A program made the translations under genes and the position numbers. Below are positions 46,782 to 56,719 of a stretch of DNA of 64,000 nucleotides, piece by piece (position 1 is the first letter of the stretch; each line of letters starts with the position of its first letter). The notes below the pieces were generated by a model. It saw only the letters and a list, made by a program, of their open reading frames with translations, did no database searches and was not told where the DNA came from. The DNA is taken from positions 332,288 to 396,287 of the forward strand of contig CP011213.1 of NCBI GenBank assembly GCA_001029735.1. Reading direction: 5' to 3'. The stretch is from Berkelbacteria bacterium GW2011_GWE1_39_12 (GTDB lineage: Bacteria > Patescibacteriota > UBA1384 > UBA12157).

Positions 46782-47807
46782 ATGAAGCGAAATACAATAG
46801 CAGTACTTGGAATGGCACTTCTTCTGGCGTTTTGTACCGTACCAGCACAGGCAGGCGGACCTGGCGACAGCGGCACCTATGTGACCGCTGACGTCTTCAA
46901 CCCCTCGAGTATGAACTTGGACGGCGTAGATAACACATCGACTTTCTTCCCAACCGACATCCTCGGCAACGAGAATTTCAGAGAGAAGACATGTGCCGTC
47001 ATCGGCGTGAATCACGCCAACATCGGTGATGCTGAGTTCGACGGCAACAAAGAAATCGTCGTTTATCAGCCAAATCGCAAGTTTGCCGTTGGCATAGCCC
47101 GTTCATCTGTCGACTCAAGTCGCTGGTCAGTTAACCCTGACAGCACTGGTACGATGGAAACATCGGGCCATTGGATGACTTTTACTAGCGCATATCAAGC
47201 CAGTAAGAAAGTGGCAATCGGTCTGAGCATAACCAGCGGCAAGGCTTATACAGCCACCACTTGGCCAGGCTTTAGCTACATAGATAACGAAACAGATAAC
47301 GTGCATAGTTTCCCTGGCGGAACAGACCGAATGACCATCAAAGATGGCACGAACTTCGTCCTTGGTGCTGACCTAGCCGTCAACTCTGAATTCAACGTCT
47401 TAGCCGCGTGGAACAGCCGTTCCGGCGAACTAAGCATGTCAACCGTCATGGACGACGGTAGTGATCCGGGTTATCCAGGAATGGGCCCGCTATCCTTTAG
47501 CAAAGATTCTATGACGATTGCTGGCAGATACCATAAGGGTAAACTGCAAGCGACCGTCGGTTTCCAAGGGATTCAGAATGACGGGGCCTACATGGAAACC
47601 GACAAGACGATGCGCAGCTTCGCAGGAGTGCATTACCAGTTCAGCAAGAACCTTTCGGTTCGAGCTGGAAGCTGCTCTGGAAGCCGCGACATTGGTGCCC
47701 TCTACAGCGACAATTGCTGGGTCGTCAATGCTGGGTACCTCAATAAGGGCCTCAATACGAGTAACAACAACTCGATGTGGCTCCTGAGCGGAGGTAAGCT
47801 GTTCTAG
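46782..47807 (+). CDS. putative outer-membrane beta-barrel protein (signal peptide, C-terminal Phe)
   Basis: MKRNTIAVLGMALLLAFCTVPAQA signal peptide; alternating amphipathic strands; ends ...LLSGGKLF; terminator 47834-47867. Confidence 0.5.
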   Translation: MKRNTIAVLGMALLLAFCTVPAQAGGPGDSGTYVTADVFNPSSMNLDGVDNTSTFFPTDILGNENFREKTCAVIGVNHANIGDAEFDGNKEIVVYQPNRKFAVGIARSSVDSSRWSVNPDSTGTMETSGHWMTFTSAYQASKKVAIGLSITSGKAYTATTWPGFSYIDNETDNVHSFPGGTDRMTIKDGTNFVLGADLAVNSEFNVLAAWNSRSGELSMSTVMDDGSDPGYPGMGPLSFSKDSMTIAGRYHKGKLQATVGFQGIQNDGAYMETDKTMRSFAGVHYQFSKNLSVRAGSCSGSRDIGALYSDNCWVVNAGYLNKGLNTSNNNSMWLLSGGKLF

Positions 47808-47870
47808 GAACAGCAAACTAACGAACTTATCGAAAAGGCGGTGGAGATTTCTCCCCCGCCTTTTTTAATA

Positions 47871-47900
47871 CTAAATTTATTTGACTTGTCCAAAAAACCA
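47871..47900 (+). promoter_or_regulatory. sigma70-like promoter TTGACT-18-TATACT
   Basis: upstream of 47937. Confidence 0.45.
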
Positions 47901-47936
47901 GTTCTATACTTTATCTAAGAGCAGACGGAGGTGAAT

Positions 47937-48317
47937 ATGGAAGCTGTCATAGTTCTAACCCCTCTTTCTTTCGATCAGAGATATGGCATTTTCTACTATA
48001 AGGACAATAATTCCCTGACAATTGTCTTCTCTGGCGATGTAGTACTGAATAGACTCTTTACTCTAGAGCTAAGACCAACAACTATCTTCGTGGACATGCT
48101 TGGAATTAATTTGAGCGATCTAAGAAGAATTACTATTAACACCCAAGCTCTTCCGACGCAAGGCTATGACAAGGTTCTGCCTTTCCTTGGCCTTTTTGCA
48201 GCCTATACCAACAACGCCCTTAACATCGATCTCTTGATCTTGGCTCAGAAATCCCTTTACAATACCGACCGGGGTTTCTCCAAGTTCGATCTTCAGGTTT
48301 TTCCTGAAGGCAGCTAG
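47937..48317 (+). CDS. hypothetical protein
   Basis: GGAGG SD 7 nt before ATG 47937; terminator cccgcc..ggcggg at 48320-48342. Confidence 0.5.
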   Translation: MEAVIVLTPLSFDQRYGIFYYKDNNSLTIVFSGDVVLNRLFTLELRPTTIFVDMLGINLSDLRRITINTQALPTQGYDKVLPFLGLFAAYTNNALNIDLLILAQKSLYNTDRGFSKFDLQVFPEGS

Positions 48318-48352
48318 CTACCCGCCCCCTGGCGGGTTTTATAAATTTAGTA

Positions 48353-48381
48353 TTGACCATTCGGTTATTTTCTGATATAGT
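48353..48381 (+). promoter_or_regulatory. sigma70-like promoter TTGACC-17-TATAGT
   Basis: upstream of 48414. Confidence 0.45.
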
Positions 48382-48413
48382 TTCGATGCATCAAAAGCAT
48401 AAGGAGGATCAAT

Positions 48414-48743
48414 ATGTATGTGCCCGCAGATGTTATTGGAGTAAGAAGAGAAACCGAAAATGCTCTGAGTAGAGCAAACATTAACCATAAAATCACGATC
48501 GCAAGAAGAGTAACCGTGTATTTTAAGGGCAGCGGCTCAGGATATCTATATGCAAAAAGTGGTTTGGTTGAAAATGTAATGACAGTTGTTCCCAAGCCAG
48601 GATTTGGGGCAGCCTATGTCGTCATCGGCTTTAAGGTAGACGACAAGAAGGCCGAGATGGTTGCCTACTCAACAGGCGAGACCAAATGGTCCTATGCAGA
48701 CAAATCCCTAACCCCCTTCTGGGCCGAACCTGAGAATGAATAA
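48414..48743 (+). CDS. hypothetical protein
   Basis: AAGGAGG SD; terminator 48758-48782. Confidence 0.5.
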   Translation: MYVPADVIGVRRETENALSRANINHKITIARRVTVYFKGSGSGYLYAKSGLVENVMTVVPKPGFGAAYVVIGFKVDDKKAEMVAYSTGETKWSYADKSLTPFWAEPENE

Positions 48744-48819
48744 CGATCGATCTCACAACCCACTGATTTTGGTGGGTTTTTTAGTACTAAAAAACCCAGG
48801 ATTTCTCCTGGGTTAACTG

Positions 48820-49446
48820 TTACTTGATAGAATATCCAATCCCGAAACCGACAAAGCCGTTATCACCGAACTTTGTACGAAGTTCCGGAGTAAAGTCCCT
48901 GTAGGACTTAGATGCTCTCAGGTAGGCAGCTTTGTTGTTCGCTGCCAGATCGATGTTTGTGCCCTTCTTGGTTTTGAAACCAATACCTACAAAAGGTTTT
49001 GACCTCTCTTCAAGAGTTAGGAACAAATTGACCTTTCCTTTATACCTGAATCCGAATTGGATTGGTTCTCCTTCAAGAGACGCGATCATACCAATCCCGA
49101 AGTGATTAGCTTCGTAATCGAACATCAAGCTTTCGCCCAATGTCGTATCTGAGCATTCTCGCTTGTAGTTGGCGATGTAACCAGTTTGGAACCGAGAACC
49201 AATTCTTTGAGCAATCGAGAGCTCGTTGGTCACACTCGCCTCATCATCGCAGCCATACCATCCAATAGATGTATTTTTAGCGACTTGCCGGGAAGCGTAA
49301 AACCAAGGATCATTTTCAACTGCCACCTTCAGAAATGTTCCTGAACCAAAAAGGTAGCATGCCGTCAGATCCGCCGGGTTAGCAGCTTGAACTGGAACTG
49401 AGTAAAGCAGCACGATTGCTGCCAAGATCGCAATTATATACCTCAT
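48820..49446 (-). CDS. putative small outer-membrane beta-barrel/porin-family protein with signal peptide
   Basis: MRYIIAILAAIVLLYSVPVQA signal peptide; beta-rich; own terminator at 48789-48814 (minus). Confidence 0.45.
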   Translation of the reverse strand: MRYIIAILAAIVLLYSVPVQAANPADLTACYLFGSGTFLKVAVENDPWFYASRQVAKNTSIGWYGCDDEASVTNELSIAQRIGSRFQTGYIANYKRECSDTTLGESLMFDYEANHFGIGMIASLEGEPIQFGFRYKGKVNLFLTLEERSKPFVGIGFKTKKGTNIDLAANNKAAYLRASKSYRDFTPELRTKFGDNGFVGFGIGYSIK

Positions 49447-49500
49447 TTAGTTTCCTCCTTTTGAATGTGTCGGAGGAAATTCCCCCGACTACCTAAATTG

Positions 49501-50721
49501 CTATGCAACCAAGTAATCGGGAAGAGGCACATGAGCGATCTTATTCACTATATCTGGCAGTAAAGCCGACTGATCAGCGTTCGCAAGCCTTCCAACAAGA
49601 GAACAAGATTCAAGTTTAAGCGGTGGGGTTATCCAACCGTGTTGGCTTGTTTCAAATTGCTTTTGCTGACCGCTGCTTAACCAGATCGCTTCTATTGGAC
49701 CCGCCCGACTGGAAATCAAGACTTTCGTCTTTTCCTTCTCTGTCGATGCCTGCGCAGATGAACTAAACCAAGGCAGAATAAACAAACACAGAATTGTCGC
49801 GGCCAAGGCCAAGGCAAAACTATGTTTGAAATTCCCTGTATTTTGGTGACAATACTCTTTGCGCCAAACTTTGTAACCTGTAGAGCCAGCGATCTCATCG
49901 ATCACTTTTTTCTCATGTCTTGAAAGCGGCGCTAGAAGTTTATCTTTTATCCGTCGCAGCTCTGTCTGAACTACTATTTCTCGGATGATATTTCCCGGAT
50001 AGCAGAACAAGCCATAAGGCCAGAAAAGTATCGAGAAAACAAATTTCTTCTTGTCAGCCAGAACTGTCGCCAGAAGTCGTTTCTTCCGTTTCCAGATTCG
50101 AAGCGCATACATCAGCAAACAAACAGGCCAAGTCCGCAAGAAAAGGAACCAGGACCATGTCCACCAGTTGACGCTTTTAAGATGTGCGCCGAGTGTTTCT
50201 GCCCCGGTTTTTGGACCAATGTTGTATTTACTTTTCCATGAGTTGTAGCTCATTTCCTCGGGCCATCGTTGCATTTCCATTTCACGATTGTCTTGGGTGT
50301 TACGAAAACATTGTTCCATCAACGCACCTCTGGTACTAGATGAAACAATGCCACCACCATTCGGACAAATCGGAGTTGGAAACCCTAGTTTCTGATCCAG
50401 ACGGTCAATCTCGCGCAGATCGCTATAAAGCGTTTTGGGCGTGTAATTTCTGCCCAACTTATGCGCTCTTCCTCCGATCTTACTACAGAGCGCGGCCACC
50501 CGGATTCCGGCTTTCTTCTGATACTCATAGTCTTGGCTAGCCTGAGAAAATGTTTTAGGATGCTGCTGCATCTGACAAAACGCCCAAAGCAGCCAAACGA
50601 CAAAGAGCACAAAGCCGATACAATCAAAAACTGTAATGCGGTCGTCCTGTCCGTCATTGTAATAACGCTGATTCGGACGATTTCTCATTCTGCTTAGCGC
50701 CGTGTAATACTCGTGATCCAT
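49501..50721 (-). CDS. hypothetical polytopic membrane protein
   Basis: 406 aa, several TM, Trp-rich; no family recognised. Confidence 0.45.
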   Translation of the reverse strand: MDHEYYTALSRMRNRPNQRYYNDGQDDRITVFDCIGFVLFVVWLLWAFCQMQQHPKTFSQASQDYEYQKKAGIRVAALCSKIGGRAHKLGRNYTPKTLYSDLREIDRLDQKLGFPTPICPNGGGIVSSSTRGALMEQCFRNTQDNREMEMQRWPEEMSYNSWKSKYNIGPKTGAETLGAHLKSVNWWTWSWFLFLRTWPVCLLMYALRIWKRKKRLLATVLADKKKFVFSILFWPYGLFCYPGNIIREIVVQTELRRIKDKLLAPLSRHEKKVIDEIAGSTGYKVWRKEYCHQNTGNFKHSFALALAATILCLFILPWFSSSAQASTEKEKTKVLISSRAGPIEAIWLSSGQQKQFETSQHGWITPPLKLESCSLVGRLANADQSALLPDIVNKIAHVPLPDYLVA

Positions 50722-50861
50722 TCATTTCACCCCCTCTTTTGGCTAGTTGCCAGATTCAATTGTTAAATTTCATCGCATAGTACGAACAGGTGAGAATACT
50801 ACCAATAAAGCAAAAAGTCAAGATACTAAAAACCCCGAGATTTCTCTCGGGGCAAATAGAT

Positions 50862-51047
50862 CTACCAGTTGGCCCTCTCATCCCAGAACCCAACGTGTTT
50901 CGGCCATCGGTACGGATCACGAGGATCATCTTCCCAATTCGCCTCAGTAGCCCAATGCCCACGATGAGGTTGATGACCATCGGGGTAATCCTGTTCTTTA
51001 TACTCTATATAATCATCTTCTTTAATTACATCCTCGTTCTCAGCCAT
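50862..51047 (-). CDS. small acidic Trp-rich hypothetical protein
   Basis: ATG at 51045-51047 preceded by AGGAGG; the longer track ORF begins further upstream. Confidence 0.4.
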   Translation of the reverse strand: MAENEDVIKEDDYIEYKEQDYPDGHQPHRGHWATEANWEDDPRDPYRWPKHVGFWDERANW

Positions 51048-51066
51048 ATCAACTACCTTTTCCTCC

Positions 51067-51507
51067 TTATTTTTTTGAAACCTTAAACTTTTCTGTTTCC
51101 CAGTCTTTGAGAATTCCAGCATGCTCTATTCGCTTATAGGCAGGTCTAAACTTTATATTGTCCCCCTTGTCGATGACTTTGAAATATGCGGTACACTTTA
51201 AAACGCATTTTTCCTCTTCAGTGAAACCAGGAACAAGAATATCCCAGTGATATTCAGCGGCGGTTGGAATGCTTTCTTTTTCATTTTCAACACAATACAC
51301 CCGGACGGATTGTTTTGAACTAACTCCACAAACCGCTTGGTGATCGGGATCATAGTCTGCAACCACAAGGCAATACTGGTCCGCAGAATAACCAAACCGA
51401 GTCCCAATAAAACCGATTTCCATTTCTTGGCCCATGATTGCAAACAATTCAATTACCACCTTCAAAGCGAGTCTCTCGTTTTTATTGAAATAATGGTTGT
51501 CAAACAT
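51067..51507 (-). CDS. hypothetical protein
   Basis: ATG 51505-51507 with AGGAGGG SD. Confidence 0.5.
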   Translation of the reverse strand: MFDNHYFNKNERLALKVVIELFAIMGQEMEIGFIGTRFGYSADQYCLVVADYDPDHQAVCGVSSKQSVRVYCVENEKESIPTAAEYHWDILVPGFTEEEKCVLKCTAYFKVIDKGDNIKFRPAYKRIEHAGILKDWETEKFKVSKK

Positions 51508-51667
51508 AATCCCTCCTTTTGATTGTTAATATCCGCCCTCTCGCGAACAGATGATGGTATCATAAGACTGTTATTTAGTCCTATTTTTTGACATATTGAT
51601 ATATACAATAGAGTTTGTTATCTTATATTTAAATAATGTTGTCCATTTTTTGGACAAAAGGAGTTAG

Positions 51668-52369
51668 ATGGATATTAAAATCGAGGGTTTAGACGAAGAG
51701 GAATTCCATGTCTATAAAGCCTTACTTTCCCTAAAAAGAGGGACTGTTTTGCAATTAGCAGCCATTTCCGGCGAAAAGCGAAGCAATCTTTACCGAATCT
51801 TGGACAATTTGATGGCCAAACGTCTGGTCAGCGAAATTTATGAGGGCAAAAAACACTTTTATATCGCCGAATCGCCAAAAGTTTTGATGGATTTTATTAA
51901 TCAGCAAAAAGAGCGAATATCAGAGATAATTCCCGAGCTTGAGACAATCGAAAAAGAAGCGCTCGAGCGGCCAAAAATTAAGTTTTATGAGGGAAAAAAC
52001 GGCATCAAAAATCTTTATGACGAACTAATTATGCCAAACCAGGAAATTCTCGCCTTTGCCTGGCCGGATAAACTACTGGATAAGATTGATTTTCACAATG
52101 AATTTGTCAAAACCCGCTTAAAACATAATATGCCAGTCAGAGCAATTTACCCTGACAACAGGGCGGCCCGCTTAAGAAATACGGGCTTAAAAGAATCCAA
52201 ATATTCTAAAAAATTGCCAGCTTTTGACGCCACCATGCTAATTTCAGGCAATAAAGTAGTTTTATTTTCCATGAAAAACTGGATTACAGGAGTACTGATC
52301 GACAACAAAGAAATCGCCGACTGCCTAAAAGCTTTGTTTGACGGATATTGGGGCGAATTAAAAAAATAA
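51668..52369 (+). CDS. TrmB-family transcriptional regulator (second copy)
   Basis: wHTH ...FHVYKALLSLKRGTVLQLAAISGEKRSNLYRILDNLMAKRLV... Confidence 0.65.
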   Translation: MDIKIEGLDEEEFHVYKALLSLKRGTVLQLAAISGEKRSNLYRILDNLMAKRLVSEIYEGKKHFYIAESPKVLMDFINQQKERISEIIPELETIEKEALERPKIKFYEGKNGIKNLYDELIMPNQEILAFAWPDKLLDKIDFHNEFVKTRLKHNMPVRAIYPDNRAARLRNTGLKESKYSKKLPAFDATMLISGNKVVLFSMKNWITGVLIDNKEIADCLKALFDGYWGELKK

Positions 52370-52435
52370 CAATAATTCACAACTTGCCATTATTTTTCTA
52401 TCTACAAGGCTCTATGATCCACTAGAAAGCGCTTT

Positions 52436-53128
52436 CTAGCCTCTTGCCACAACCAGTCCCCAAACTTCTTTTACACCCGCATTTTTGAGCACTTTGGCGC
52501 ACTCGTTTAACGTCGCGCCAGTGGTTGTGACATCGTCAACTATTAAGATCCTTTTGCCTTTCAGACTTTCGGCTTTATGGACTTTAAAGACTCCCTCCAG
52601 ATTAGTCCTTCTCTTTTTGCCGGATAATCCGACCTGTCTTTTGGTATATCTAGTTTTTACCAGTAATTCCTCGGAGGGTATCTTAATATTCTTTGATACC
52701 TCTTGGGCTAGTATTTCTGCTTGATTGAATCCCCTTTCTGCCAGTCGTTGATGATGTAAGGGGGCAAAAGTTATGACGTCGATTTTCAGATCAGCAGGCA
52801 AAGCATTCACCATAATTTTAGCCAGGTTTTTCTTTAGTTCCAATGCATGATTATATTTGAAATTATGAATCATTTCCTTGATTGGCCCTTCTTCAAAATA
52901 GGCGCCAACCAAAACGCCATTTATTTCGAAATTTTTCGCACATTTTTGACAAATTTTTCCATTTTTATTTAATCTTAAACAACTGGGGCAAACTTGCTCA
53001 CCAATTTTTATAATATTTTTTTCGCATTTTTTACATAATAAAAAACCCTCAGTATTACAGCCAACACAAAACTGAGGGAAAAATAGATCTAAAAACAATT
53101 TTTTTATTTTAGCAAGCGACTTTTTCAT
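52436..53128 (-). CDS. comFC: ComF-family protein (double zinc ribbon + phosphoribosyltransferase domain)
   Basis: CxxC...CxxC pairs; RILIVDDVTTTGATL PRTase motif; start either ATG 53128 or TTG 53173. Confidence 0.7.
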   Translation of the reverse strand: MKKSLAKIKKLFLDLFFPQFCVGCNTEGFLLCKKCEKNIIKIGEQVCPSCLRLNKNGKICQKCAKNFEINGVLVGAYFEEGPIKEMIHNFKYNHALELKKNLAKIMVNALPADLKIDVITFAPLHHQRLAERGFNQAEILAQEVSKNIKIPSEELLVKTRYTKRQVGLSGKKRRTNLEGVFKVHKAESLKGKRILIVDDVTTTGATLNECAKVLKNAGVKEVWGLVVARG

Positions 53129-53138
53129 CGAATCTTTT

Positions 53139-54800
53139 TCAGCGAATCTTGTGAATCGACGCACTATCCTCAAAAGTTTTAACGTTTTGACTTTCTTCCT
53201 CTAAACTTTCAATCACTTTTTTATAGTTTAGATAGTTAGCGTAAGCCGGATATGCCGATGGATCAGTATTACCAGGCGGATTAACGTCATCTAGAACATA
53301 AGAAATATTTTTATATTTTAGCTGAACATCTTTAATTAAATTTTGATAATTCTTTTGTATTTTCTTATCATCTTGATGCTTTCGATAGTTCTCAACCACT
53401 AAAATCTGCTCTTCTGTCAATTTCAGAGGTGTCATCCTTATATTGGTAGTTTTAACAGGTAAAAACAAGTTTGCGGCCGGATTATAAAGAATTGGAGCAT
53501 CTTTGGCGATATTTGAATCTATATAATCAACCTTAGCTTGATCTACCGGCCAGAACCAAATATGGTTGGTAAAAGTATTAGGAATTTCATTAAAACCATT
53601 GAAAATGACCGAGTTAATGATAACCAAATAACCAATCAAGCCAAAAACGAATATTTGTCCAAGGCGAATTCTATTAAGGTTTAATTCGAAGACATAGCGC
53701 CAAAGAAATGCAAGGGAAACAGTCAGCGGTAAGGCTAACTCTCTGGCAAATCGTCCAGGTACACTTGATTCGTTCAGCCTAGACATGACATAAAAAAATA
53801 TCAGCCAAATAATTACCAATTGTTTGGCTTTTTTATCTGTTTTTGTCGAAAAATTCGTCATTAAAAGATATATAAATCCAGCCAAACCAAAACACCAAAC
53901 CAAATTTCCTGCAAACGACGGATAATCATTATAGTCCGGAAGAATATTTAAGTAGTTATTCTTTAGAAACGGCGCATTTGTGAAAAACCCAATAATAAAA
54001 TTGGAAACCATGCCGCCGTATAGCAACTCAGACAAAAAGTATCCGGCGATTAAGAGAACCAAAAATATTCCGGTGCTCAAAACGACTTTGAGCGAAAGCT
54101 TTATTTTGCATGTAAAAATCTTTTGATAGAGCTGTATCAAGCCAAACACAAGTAAAATACTTAGAACATTAAAAAAAGTGAAATGGTGAGTCAAGGCAAT
54201 AAGCAATAGAAATAATCCCGACCAGACAAGGTTCAATTTTTTATTGGTTTTAAAATAACGGATTAAGAAGGCGAAAAGCATGACGGCAAAAAAACCGTAA
54301 GCCAGCATATCCGGGTAATTGCCGTCGATAAAACCATACAGGGGATATCCTGAGCTTAGGAGTAAAACAAAAGAGGTTAAAACGGAAACTTTCAAACTGA
54401 AAATTTGGCGCAACAAGAAAAACATGGCAAGCGTCGGTAGAATAATTAAGATTGGAGTTAAATTGGTTAAAACCCACCATATATCTCGATGAAAAAGCTT
54501 GCTAATGCCTATTACAATCAAATGAAAACCGGCAGGATAGGCGGAAAGATTAACTTTTCCGGCCACCATAACTGTTTTAATTAAATTATAATGACCGACA
54601 ACATCGTTTCCCGGAGGTACCAAAAAATGACGATGCCAATAAACATAGTAAATAATAAATATTTGAAGACTTAAGGCTAATAGCCCAATCCCAATCCAAA
54701 AATAGCGATAGAGTTTTGATCCTTGCATTAATAACCCCTTAGATAACAAATTTCCCAATAACTTAGAGGACCGTAATATCCCAATAAATTCCAATGTCAT
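53139..54800 (-). CDS. large polytopic membrane protein (putative GT-C/ArnT-like glycosyltransferase)
   Basis: 553 aa, ~12 TM. Confidence 0.35.
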   Translation of the reverse strand: MTLEFIGILRSSKLLGNLLSKGLLMQGSKLYRYFWIGIGLLALSLQIFIIYYVYWHRHFLVPPGNDVVGHYNLIKTVMVAGKVNLSAYPAGFHLIVIGISKLFHRDIWWVLTNLTPILIILPTLAMFFLLRQIFSLKVSVLTSFVLLLSSGYPLYGFIDGNYPDMLAYGFFAVMLFAFLIRYFKTNKKLNLVWSGLFLLLIALTHHFTFFNVLSILLVFGLIQLYQKIFTCKIKLSLKVVLSTGIFLVLLIAGYFLSELLYGGMVSNFIIGFFTNAPFLKNNYLNILPDYNDYPSFAGNLVWCFGLAGFIYLLMTNFSTKTDKKAKQLVIIWLIFFYVMSRLNESSVPGRFARELALPLTVSLAFLWRYVFELNLNRIRLGQIFVFGLIGYLVIINSVIFNGFNEIPNTFTNHIWFWPVDQAKVDYIDSNIAKDAPILYNPAANLFLPVKTTNIRMTPLKLTEEQILVVENYRKHQDDKKIQKNYQNLIKDVQLKYKNISYVLDDVNPPGNTDPSAYPAYANYLNYKKVIESLEEESQNVKTFEDSASIHKIR

Positions 54801-56259
54801 TTAACCAGGCAATACCATCGACAACCGGACGGAAATATTCTTTATAAGTACCTGGTACCATGTTGCTTGGAGCGGCCATCGTGAATCGAAATGTTGCAGT
54901 TTCACCTGGAGCAACGGAACTTTCCAACATGGTAATACGATTTGGCGATGACCAATTTTCTCTTCTGACAAAGCCGGTAATGCGATCTCTGCCTCTGTCG
55001 GTGCCTAAATGCATACTGGAATCCCAAGTGGCCGTGCCAGTATTTTTGATTTTTAAATTAAGATAAGCTGTTTCATTACGATTGACTGCAGGATAAGCAC
55101 TCTGAGAAACAAAGCTATATTGATATCGATTTGGGACTTGAACAACCGGAGCATTTGCAATATTAATATCCCAATAAATTCCAAGGTCATTCATCCAAGC
55201 AATCCCATCAACCACGGGTCGGAAGTATTCTCGGTAGGTTCCTGGAGCCATATTACTTGGAGCGGCCATCGTGAATCGAAATGTTGCAGTTTCACCTGGA
55301 GCAACGGAACTTTCCAACATCGTGATTCTATTAGCTGATGACCAAGTGTTTCCCCTAATGAAACCTGGGACACGATCTCTGCCTCTGTCGGTGCCTAAAT
55401 GCATACTGGAAGTCCAAGTGGCCGAACCGGTGTTTCTGACCGTTAAGTTAAAATAAGCCGTTTCATTTTGACGGATCGTCGGATAAGCGCTTTGTGAGAC
55501 AAAACTATACTGATAGATTGTGCTCCAAAGATTAAAATAAGTAGTAAAGTTTTGTCCTAAGTGAGGAGTATATCTATAAAGAGAAGCTGTAGCTCGGTTA
55601 GAGTATGTCACGCTTTGACCATCGATCGTAGCTGTCTGTCCAACCTGATAATCGGAAAAACCATGTCCTTGAGCTCTTTCGTAGTTGTACCTTAACTGCC
55701 AAGCAGCGTTTTCTATTTGCTTAGTAAAACCAACATAAGCGTCATTACAACCGCCGCCATCTGGACAACCGTAACCCATGGCCGCGTTCAAAGCTGATTG
55801 ATTTAAAGTTACAGAAGCTCCACCTGTAACCAAACCTTGCTCTTTTTGTAATGTAGCTAAAATAGCAACCGGATTAATAGTTCCGGTTGAAGAATTGATA
55901 TCAATTCCATTTAGCGCGCCAGAGGCATCGCCATAACCATGAGCGGCGTCATAAACTATTCGAGCGGCCGAGCGGCCATTTTCCGAATAAGTTTTTAGAA
56001 AAGTTCCGGTCGTGTTAAAAAGATCCTGTATACCAGCGGCGCTAATCCCTTCAACATTAATAAAAGCTGCATCTGCCACAAGATTATTGGGATCGAAACT
56101 AGCTTTGGCTGTTTGATTTTGCGAAAGAGGAGCACCAAAATAAAAGGTGGTAAAAATCAGTGTGACCAATAGAACAATATGGACAATTTTTTTCAAAAAC
56201 CCCTCCATTATTAAAACCGCTAAGTTATTTAATTTTATCAATTTATGTCTTATTGTCAA
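54763..56259 (-). CDS. secreted protein with two tandem ~130-aa Ig-like repeats
   Basis: N-terminal signal/TM; C-terminal half is two near-identical repeats (DNA units ~390 bp at ~54780-55170 and ~55170-55560). Confidence 0.55.
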   Translation of the reverse strand: MTIRHKLIKLNNLAVLIMEGFLKKIVHIVLLVTLIFTTFYFGAPLSQNQTAKASFDPNNLVADAAFINVEGISAAGIQDLFNTTGTFLKTYSENGRSAARIVYDAAHGYGDASGALNGIDINSSTGTINPVAILATLQKEQGLVTGGASVTLNQSALNAAMGYGCPDGGGCNDAYVGFTKQIENAAWQLRYNYERAQGHGFSDYQVGQTATIDGQSVTYSNRATASLYRYTPHLGQNFTTYFNLWSTIYQYSFVSQSAYPTIRQNETAYFNLTVRNTGSATWTSSMHLGTDRGRDRVPGFIRGNTWSSANRITMLESSVAPGETATFRFTMAAPSNMAPGTYREYFRPVVDGIAWMNDLGIYWDINIANAPVVQVPNRYQYSFVSQSAYPAVNRNETAYLNLKIKNTGTATWDSSMHLGTDRGRDRITGFVRRENWSSPNRITMLESSVAPGETATFRFTMAAPSNMVPGTYKEYFRPVVDGIAWLNDIGIYWDITVL

Positions 56260-56321
56260 ATCAAATCATTGTTGCCAACGTTGTCTAATTGTAATATTAT
56301 AAATTCAAGGAGGCAAATAAA

Positions 56322-56717
56322 ATGGATAATTCAATTCTCAATAACTCCAATCAAGATTGGATGGAAGACTATGAGGGTCAATTGGCCATCGATGTTTTTC
56401 AAACCGCGGAAGATATCGTTCTAAAGGCACCGATCGCCGGTGTGAAACCCGAGGATTTAGAAATTTCGATTACAGATGAAATTATTAATATCAAAGGTGA
56501 GCGCAAAGAAACTGCAGACGGAACAGCGGAAATAACTCGTGATAATTTTTTTGCTCAAGAATGCTATTGGGGTAGTTTCAGTCGCTCGTATGTTTTGCCC
56601 ATTGCCGTTAATTCAGAAAAGGCAACTGCTTCACTGAAAAATGGGATTCTAACTATTCGTATTCCAAAACTGGAAAAAACAAAAACTAAAACCATCGAGA
56701 TCAAAACGGAAGATTAA
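56322..56717 (+). CDS. Hsp20/alpha-crystallin small heat-shock protein
   Basis: ...KPEDLEISITDEIINIKGER...GILTIRIPK; AAGGAGG SD. Confidence 0.8.
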   Translation: MDNSILNNSNQDWMEDYEGQLAIDVFQTAEDIVLKAPIAGVKPEDLEISITDEIINIKGERKETADGTAEITRDNFFAQECYWGSFSRSYVLPIAVNSEKATASLKNGILTIRIPKLEKTKTKTIEIKTED

Positions 56718-56719
56718 TT

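Noticed and set aside
50747-51086. Plus-strand ORFs 50747..50950 and 50790..51086
   Set aside because: They overlap the minus-strand small-protein gene (50862-51047), which has a strong AGGAGG SD. The plus-strand frames lack start context.
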